64,000 bases of DNA from a virus (lineage: Duplodnaviria; Caudoviricetes). The stretch covers positions 34,151-98,150 of IMG/VR virus record IMGVR_UViG_3300028048_000099. The stretch is one strand, 5' to 3'. A model generated the notes under the pieces. It saw nothing but the letters and a program-made list of their open reading frames with translations. It was not told where the DNA came from and made no database searches. A program made the translations under genes and the position numbers. This document shows positions 57,661 to 64,000 of this stretch, one piece after another (within the stretch, counting starts at the first letter, position 1; every line of letters starts with the position of its first letter).

Positions 57661-58039
57661 AAAGGATAAAATGTTGAACGACAAGTTTTCACTGACCTTT
57701 AACGGGAAACACTACAAACTGAACATTGAGAGGATAAACAAGTTCTGCCTCGTGTCCAGTGAGAAGACCGGGAACGAGTCGGAGATAACGGAGGCCTACG
57801 AGACGGATGACGAGGGGGAGTTCCGCCTGACCTCAAAGATAAACAGGGAGGTGAGGACGGCCGGGAACTCGCAGGACGACATGATTGTCTACGATTTCGT
57901 CAAGAGCCTTGTCGCGAAACTCCTTGACTCCCAGGTCATGGCGAGTGACACCGAGGAACATGTGACCTTCGGGTTCGCGTTGGCCTTCAATACCCTCATA
58001 TCCGAGGGGATGATAGAGGAAATAATTGAAAAACAATAA
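57653..58039 (+). CDS. Hypothetical protein
   Basis: 128-aa ORF in operon. Confidence 0.75.
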   Translation: MNRKDKMLNDKFSLTFNGKHYKLNIERINKFCLVSSEKTGNESEITEAYETDDEGEFRLTSKINREVRTAGNSQDDMIVYDFVKSLVAKLLDSQVMASDTEEHVTFGFALAFNTLISEGMIEEIIEKQ

Positions 58040-58045
58040 TACAGA

Positions 58046-59182
58046 ATGGCAGAATTGAACAAAGAAGAAATGTTGAAAGTCGTTGAGGAGAACATCCAGA
58101 AGATGGAGAACAAGTCCTTCAACGTGTTCTTTTTCGTGATTGACACAAAGGGGAACCCGTCCGGCTCCCTTGAGTATATCTACCGCACGGCCCTCACCCT
58201 GAAGGACCTCGGTTATAACGTCTCCATACTTCACCAGGAGGAGGAGTTCGTCGGTGTCCGTGACTGGCTCGGTGACGCGGCCGCCGACCTTCCCCATCAC
58301 AACATTGAGAAGGAGAACGTGGAGATATCGGCGTGTGATTTCCTTTTCATACCGGATATCCTGTCCTCGGTGATGTCCCAGACCAAGACATTGCCCTGCA
58401 AGAGGGTAATCATCCTGCAGAACCACAGTTTCATGGCTGATTTCATGCCCGTCGGCGTCACCCCCTTTGACATGAACATCAACGAGATGGTGGTCACGAC
58501 AAACGCGCTTAAGGATATCGCGGACGAGTACTTCCCCGGTATCAAGACGCATGTCGTGCGTCCCATGATTAACCCGGTCTTCCGGAATAACGACACACCC
58601 AAAAAGTTGATTATCAATATGGTGTCCAGAAGCCAGGACGACATCAGCAGGATTATCAAGCCTTTCTACTGGAAATACCCTGTCTACAAGTGGGTGTCCT
58701 TCCGTGACCTGCGCGGCGTGACCCAGGAGGTGTTCGCCGACGCTCTCCGCGAGGGCGCCATCACCGTATGGATGGACAGCGTCACCGATTTCGGCTACTC
58801 AGCCCTCGAGGCCGCCAAGTCAGGCTCAATCGTCATAGCGAAGGTGCCCGACACGCCGACCGACTGGACATTCGTCAAGGAGGAGAATGAGGAGCGCAAG
58901 GAGGCGTCAAACGGCCTGAACCCGGCCTTCATCTGGTTTGACGACATCCGCAGGGTGCCCGACATGGTCGCCAGCATCGTGAGGACCTGGACACTTGACA
59001 AGATTCCCCAGGACCTTTACGACAGCCTCGCGAAGGCCGCGGGCAACTACACTTATGACGAGCATAGGGATGATGTTGAGAAGGAGTACGCCAAGGGGCT
59101 GTTTGAGAAGAGGCTCTCCGATTTCAGGGAGGTTCTCGCCCAGATTAAGAATAATAAGTTGACACCTAATGATTTGAAGTAA
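58046..59182 (+). CDS. GT-B fold glycosyltransferase-like protein
   Basis: PSGSLEYIY..LGYNV..FIPD..ILQN; C-terminal DFGYSALEAAKSGSIVI. Confidence 0.75.
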   Translation: MAELNKEEMLKVVEENIQKMENKSFNVFFFVIDTKGNPSGSLEYIYRTALTLKDLGYNVSILHQEEEFVGVRDWLGDAAADLPHHNIEKENVEISACDFLFIPDILSSVMSQTKTLPCKRVIILQNHSFMADFMPVGVTPFDMNINEMVVTTNALKDIADEYFPGIKTHVVRPMINPVFRNNDTPKKLIINMVSRSQDDISRIIKPFYWKYPVYKWVSFRDLRGVTQEVFADALREGAITVWMDSVTDFGYSALEAAKSGSIVIAKVPDTPTDWTFVKEENEERKEASNGLNPAFIWFDDIRRVPDMVASIVRTWTLDKIPQDLYDSLAKAAGNYTYDEHRDDVEKEYAKGLFEKRLSDFREVLAQIKNNKLTPNDLK

Positions 59183-59183
59183 T

Positions 59184-59972
59184 ATGAGCAAGATAACCAC
59201 AATTATACCGGTCCACAAGTTTGACGACGCCGTGCTGGCCCTCCTGAAGAACGCGGTCAAGAGTTTCACCGAGACCAGCAAGGATGTCCCTTCGACACTC
59301 ATGTTCGTCGGGCCGAAGGAGGTCCTGGAAAAGATACAGGAGAACAAGGTCGCTGAGGATGTTGCCGGAGGCGCCGTTTACGTGGAGAACAGCAAGCCCG
59401 GTTTCTCCGCGCAGATAAACGCCGCGGTCAAGGACGTCACCACCGACTATTTCTCAATCCTGGAGTTTGATGACGAGTACTCCCCGATTTGGTTCAACAA
59501 CGTGTCCAGGTACATGGACTCCGGCGAGGAGATATCGGTGTACCTTCCGCTGACAGAGGTCTTTGACTACCAGAACATGAGCCAGGGGCCCGTGGGTTAT
59601 GTCAACGAGGCCGTGTGGGCCAGCTCCTTCTCGGAGAGGCTCGGCTACTTTGACAACGAGTGCCTGCAGGACTACCTTATTTTCAACACCACCGGGGGTG
59701 TCTTCAAGACCAAGGACTTCATTGAGGTCGGGGGGCTGAAGGAGAGCATGAGACTCTCGTTCTGGTACGAGTTCCTGCTCCGCGCGATAAACAAGGGCAA
59801 GGACATCTTCGTCATCCCCAAGGTCGGCTATTTCCATATCGTGAACAGGCCCGGCTCGCTCGCCGACGAGTACGCCAAGAATATGGACGAGCGTGAGAGC
59901 GACTTCTGGGTTGAGCTGGCCCGTAAGGAGTACCTTTACAAGACCGACAGGAAGAAGACTTACGAAAAATAA
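59184..59972 (+). CDS. GT2 (GT-A) glycosyltransferase
   Basis: TIIPVH, QINAAV, FSILEFDDEY, EVGGLKE, YEFLLR. Confidence 0.8.
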   Translation: MSKITTIIPVHKFDDAVLALLKNAVKSFTETSKDVPSTLMFVGPKEVLEKIQENKVAEDVAGGAVYVENSKPGFSAQINAAVKDVTTDYFSILEFDDEYSPIWFNNVSRYMDSGEEISVYLPLTEVFDYQNMSQGPVGYVNEAVWASSFSERLGYFDNECLQDYLIFNTTGGVFKTKDFIEVGGLKESMRLSFWYEFLLRAINKGKDIFVIPKVGYFHIVNRPGSLADEYAKNMDERESDFWVELARKEYLYKTDRKKTYEK

Positions 59973-60107
59973 GAATGGCACGGACAGGGGGTCGTGAGGC
60001 CCCCTTACATCTTTTAAGGTAAAACGGGAAGTGCATTGTTATTTTGCAGGTTAGGACAGGAAAGAAGATGAGAAAGTGTCGCGAAAACTGATGTTTTTTA
60101 CGACAAG

Positions 60108-61043
60108 ATGGCTAAAAGAGGAAGAAAACCGAAGGAGAGAAAAGGTTATTTTTACGAGAAGGAGGAGCAGGCGATAGTTGACTACACCACCACGCGGGAC
60201 ATTGAGGAGAAGAACAGGATTTTCAACACAATCCTGCTCCCGGCCCTGACCAAGATGATAGAGTCAATCATAAGGCGCTACAAGCTGTTCGTGCCCGAGG
60301 AGGAGTTCCAGCAGACGTTTAACGACACAATATCGTATCTGCTGACCAAGATAAACAACTTCAAGCCGGAGATGTGGGTCTACGCGGAAATCTCGGGGGA
60401 GACGCCCGAGGCGCCGGTTGACCTGACCCAGGCCGGTTTCACGGAGATTAAGAAGACCATCAACGCGCACTCGCCGAGATATGTCAGGGTGTTCAGGGAC
60501 CCGTGCCGTGAGATTCCGGAAGACGAGGATGAGAGGGAGGAGCCGTTTTTCAAACTCTACAGGCTTGAGCTCCATCATTACAAGGCGTACTCATATTGCG
60601 GTACCGTATGTAAGAACTATTTGATTTACAAGAATATACAATACACAAAAAACAAACAGAGGAACCTTCCGTATGACGACATGGTTGATGATTTCATGCG
60701 TGACCCGAGATATGTTGACGCCACCGAGAACGAGCAGAAGACCGCGGTTGAGGAGCTCATCCGCGCCGTGTCCAAGGAGATAAAGGGGATGATGAGCGAG
60801 CCCGAGAAGAATCTCCTCACGGAAGGCGAGATGAAGGTGGGGCTGGCTCTCACGGAGCTGCTGGACCGCTGGGAGGATATCCTCAACGTGGACGGCAGCA
60901 ACAAGCTTCAGAAAAGCTCGGTCCTCTATTTCCTCAGGGAGGAGACCATGATGACCACCAAGGAGGTGAGGGATAACATGCGAAAGTACAAGAGCGCGTA
61001 TTACATCCTTAAGAAGGGTATGATTGACGAGGACAAGTCCTAA
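60108..61043 (+). CDS. Phage sigma factor (T4 gp55-like, region 2) with 70-aa insertion
   Basis: LTKMIESIIRRY..FNDTISYLLTKINNFKP...KAYSYCGTVCKNYLI parallels sigma regions 2.1-2.4. Confidence 0.62.
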   Translation: MAKRGRKPKERKGYFYEKEEQAIVDYTTTRDIEEKNRIFNTILLPALTKMIESIIRRYKLFVPEEEFQQTFNDTISYLLTKINNFKPEMWVYAEISGETPEAPVDLTQAGFTEIKKTINAHSPRYVRVFRDPCREIPEDEDEREEPFFKLYRLELHHYKAYSYCGTVCKNYLIYKNIQYTKNKQRNLPYDDMVDDFMRDPRYVDATENEQKTAVEELIRAVSKEIKGMMSEPEKNLLTEGEMKVGLALTELLDRWEDILNVDGSNKLQKSSVLYFLREETMMTTKEVRDNMRKYKSAYYILKKGMIDEDKS

Positions 61044-61057
61044 AAAACACGCCCTGA

Positions 61058-61065
61058 CTATTTAT
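61058..61065 (+). promoter_or_regulatory. TATTTAT-class promoter
   Basis: CTATTTAT about 20 nt upstream of ATG 61085. Confidence 0.65.
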
Positions 61066-61084
61066 CGGTAAGAAATGATTTGAG

Positions 61085-61480
61085 ATGGAGAAGAAAGTGA
61101 AAATCAGGCTGAACTCGACCGAGAAGGTGGAGGAGCTCCTGCAGGAGATATATGACCAGGCGTGCCGGCAGCTGGTCGGGGTGCAGAACGAGATGAACAA
61201 ACTCATCAGCAGCACGAACCTCGCGGACGCGTCCATTGACTCAAAGGCCAAGTACGCGAAGGCCATGCACGACTACCACGGGGACATGAACAGGGCCCTC
61301 GCCATGAAAGTTGAGCTCGTCAAGTTCATGGGCGAGATTATCAAGCACAACGGGGACATTGAGGGGGCCCTTAACGACCAGCAGTTCGCCAAGGCCACCA
61401 AGCTTGACCTCGACCAGCTGCGGGCCGAGATAGCCGGGGATGACGGTGACGACGTGGATTCCTACGACCTCAAAAACTAA
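61085..61480 (+). CDS. Hypothetical helical protein (late unit)
   Basis: 131-aa ORF; backbone codon usage. Confidence 0.75.
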   Translation: MEKKVKIRLNSTEKVEELLQEIYDQACRQLVGVQNEMNKLISSTNLADASIDSKAKYAKAMHDYHGDMNRALAMKVELVKFMGEIIKHNGDIEGALNDQQFAKATKLDLDQLRAEIAGDDGDDVDSYDLKN

Positions 61481-61509
61481 CAATAACCGGAGACTAAAAA
61501 CTAACGGAC

Positions 61510-63663
61510 GTGCCAGGGACAGATAAGATGAGCACCAGCAAGCTTCTGGGGAAAATAGGGGCTTTCAAGACGATTATCCAGGTTAACGAGCTACAGAAAC
61601 TGCTCGGTAACCTCTCCCCCTATGCCAAGGAGTATGAGTCGGCCCTTGACCTCGTGCTTGATATCCTTCGGATGGTCGGTATCACCCAGGAAAGGCTGAC
61701 AAGGGAGATACTAAACATAGTCCTGGGAGACTCGGGTCTCGCCGCGGCCGTTGAGGGCGGATATCACGGGGCTCTCAATAGTCTTGAGTCCAGGATATCA
61801 ATGATTGAGGCCAATGAGGAGAAGGACAGTTTTATCACCAGACTCGAGAACGCGGTCAAGGTGACCATAGCCTCCATACTGACCACTTTCCTCAGTTGCT
61901 CCGTGTCGCCGTTCATACCGAAACGCGCGCTGGACAAGGTATACAAGAACAAGAACGCCGGCGCGGCGGGGGACGTGACAATAGCCCCCCTGAACATTCC
62001 CACCCATATCCTGGATTTCAGCAACACGCTGCATGTGTCCCCGGTGAGCGAGAGCGGCGTGTATTTCTACAACACCCCAATCAACGAGCCCACATGCTAC
62101 GCCAGGGATAACGGGACGCCGGAGGCCACGACAGCCACGGAAGGTGACGTGAAGGAGAGGAACGCCGACAGATATATCATATACAGATATTCCCACGTCA
62201 ACATAGAGACGCTTTCCGACAGCGAGAGGAGGTCCTTGAGAAAAGTCGCGAGCGTCCCCTCGGAGGTCAAGGTCAAGGAGGGGGAGAAACCGCCGAGAAA
62301 GTTCGTGTATGTCCAGAGACCCGCGCTCACCGCCGAGAGCCTTTACCAGACAAAGGACATGAACGCCTTCATCTGGTACGTGGCGAACCGCGGCGACAAT
62401 TTTGACGAGACACGCCAGGACGCGGCCGACGAGCATACCATGTATGAGTACAACAAGATGGCGTGGGACTCAAGAAGGATTAACGCGAGGAAAAGCGATA
62501 CGGCGAGGTCTACCGCCGAGGACTGGAACAACTGGCTCTCGTCAAGGACCTCGTGGCAGATGGACGAGACAGGGGATTTCAAGTTTGAGAAGGGCGGTAA
62601 GGAGGTCAAGGACCTTTACCCTATACTCCAGTTTGAGCCCAGCGAGAACTACGGCGCGCTTGAGCATCTCATAGTGACTTTTCCCGCCCAGAGATACCTC
62701 ACGACGAAAAAGGCGCTCGGCAAGGAGTTCAAGATAACGAGGACGATTTACAAGTTCAATTCCGATTATCTTAAGAGCATCAAGATTTTCAACTGGAAAA
62801 CCTTGGTTATGAACCTTTTGTATGAGCTGAATGGCATATGCCCCATTCCGGACGTTCAATTCAACCTGTCATTGAGCGACGAGATTATTGACGCGAGGCT
62901 GTCAACGCTCATACTGAACACGATAACCGCCGACGACAAGGAGATTGACGACAGCTTCTTCTCTTTCTCAAACGAGGATTACTCGGAGGCGCTCAAGAGG
63001 ATGGAGCTGAAGAAATACGGGGCCAAGCCCTACGACACGGCCGGCAATCCCGCGATTCAGAACCCCTCGGGACTTCCTGTTGACGCCATGAACGCGGTCT
63101 CCACGGCCGCCACGCTCAACGAGGTCCACTCGACACTCACAAGGGGCGTCTACTCGGTGGCGGGCTCATCCGGAAGCACCGGAATCACCAAGACGGAGCT
63201 CTCGGCCAACCTGTCGTTTGAGTCAAACTTCCTGTCCCAGTTGCTGATGGCCATAGTCAAACCCTTCGTGAGGATGCTCCTTTCACCCCAGGTCCTGCTC
63301 CTTTTCTGCATAAACCTTGACGTGATGGGACTGATAAACCTCCAGGAGCTGGGCAAACGCGATTACGAGCTAATCACGGACTTCATTTTCCGCAAACTCA
63401 CGGGCATCATCAAAAAGCTCATCCTTCAGATTAAGGACATGATTCTGGTGTACCTCCTGGAGATTGTGAAGAGGGAGCTTAAAAAGCTTGTTGACGAGAT
63501 TATCAGGATTCTCCTGCTTGAGCAGCTGAACGATTACATACGGCTGCTGAACCAGATACTGGAATGTATAAGGAGGTTCGGAATCGGGAAGACGATTACC
63601 GGCATTGACGATGTCAGGTACGCCGACATCATTCCCGAGGCCAACACGCCGAAAAAGAGATAG
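61510..63663 (+). CDS. Hypothetical large protein, probably virion-associated (start may be ATG 61528)
   Basis: 717-aa ORF in late-type unit; amphipathic Ile/Leu-rich C-terminus. Confidence 0.75.
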   Translation: MPGTDKMSTSKLLGKIGAFKTIIQVNELQKLLGNLSPYAKEYESALDLVLDILRMVGITQERLTREILNIVLGDSGLAAAVEGGYHGALNSLESRISMIEANEEKDSFITRLENAVKVTIASILTTFLSCSVSPFIPKRALDKVYKNKNAGAAGDVTIAPLNIPTHILDFSNTLHVSPVSESGVYFYNTPINEPTCYARDNGTPEATTATEGDVKERNADRYIIYRYSHVNIETLSDSERRSLRKVASVPSEVKVKEGEKPPRKFVYVQRPALTAESLYQTKDMNAFIWYVANRGDNFDETRQDAADEHTMYEYNKMAWDSRRINARKSDTARSTAEDWNNWLSSRTSWQMDETGDFKFEKGGKEVKDLYPILQFEPSENYGALEHLIVTFPAQRYLTTKKALGKEFKITRTIYKFNSDYLKSIKIFNWKTLVMNLLYELNGICPIPDVQFNLSLSDEIIDARLSTLILNTITADDKEIDDSFFSFSNEDYSEALKRMELKKYGAKPYDTAGNPAIQNPSGLPVDAMNAVSTAATLNEVHSTLTRGVYSVAGSSGSTGITKTELSANLSFESNFLSQLLMAIVKPFVRMLLSPQVLLLFCINLDVMGLINLQELGKRDYELITDFIFRKLTGIIKKLILQIKDMILVYLLEIVKRELKKLVDEIIRILLLEQLNDYIRLLNQILECIRRFGIGKTITGIDDVRYADIIPEANTPKKR

Positions 63664-63668
63664 ACGGG

Positions 63669-64000
63669 ATGGGCATAAAGGATATAATAGAGCTGACGAA
63701 CTCCGCGTTGGACGCCGCGAGGAAACCTCTCGTGGCCTTGGCCGGGTACATGGTCTACGCCACGGCCATCCAGAGGAAAGGCATCTCCAAGGACAAGATT
63801 TCGGCCGAGGTGATATCCAATAACGAGGGCCTTGGAATCATGACCGGGAAAATGCCGGACGGGACGGACAACGTGGTCAACGCTTTCGTCATAAACCTGA
63901 CGGAGAACATAGTGGACGAGCTGAAGGAGAACGCCAAGATTGAGTGCGTGATACCCCCGGGGTCCATTGTGGTTCAGGCTGTCGGCGGTAACGCTGGAGG
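63669..64000 (+). CDS. Hypothetical protein, truncated by window end
   Basis: ATG 63669 (MGIKDIIELTN...PPGSIVVQAVGGNAG), open to the edge. Confidence 0.75.
   Translation, partial: MGIKDIIELTNSALDAARKPLVALAGYMVYATAIQRKGISKDKISAEVISNNEGLGIMTGKMPDGTDNVVNAFVINLTENIVDELKENAKIECVIPPGSIVVQAVGGNAG

Noticed and set aside
59973-60107. Possible structured ncRNA upstream of the sigma-like gene
   Set aside because: Only a short GGGGGTC/GGCCCCC hairpin, compatible with a simple terminator; no further support.

Overview
A 64-kb segment of a large contractile-tailed (T4-like/jumbo myovirus) phage genome in the standard genetic code. It has a GC3-rich backbone with AT-rich inserted cassettes and A-rich, mostly Shine-Dalgarno-less translation starts. 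Left (1-22.4 kb): tail/baseplate/neck module with a >1575-aa baseplate-region protein, LysM-like wedge protein, tube-initiator-like protein carrying an OmpA-like domain, tape measure, chaperone pair, tube, sheath and neck genes, plus a free-standing GIY-YIG endonuclease. Middle: SNF2 helicase, accessory genes, and a family-B DNA polymerase fractured at its catalytic motif C (VGD|TDG) by a naturally split Ser/Thr-type intein. The two halves are separated by an unrelated HExxH gene. Right: glycosyltransferases, TupA-like ATP-grasp, RmlC/RmlD, WYL, vWA, ABC-type ATPase, a 26-aa-repeat LRR protein with shuffled repeats, and a gp55-like sigma factor. Two promoter classes are visible: a TATTTAT motif at 17 sites, mostly before virion genes, and sigma70-like TTG-N16/17-TAnnnT promoters before replication/metabolic genes. 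Many accessory proteins share an N-terminal (I/L)xE-rich leader. No tRNA, rRNA, CRISPR array or reverse transcriptase was recognised. Functional calls come from motif reading by eye, not database searches.
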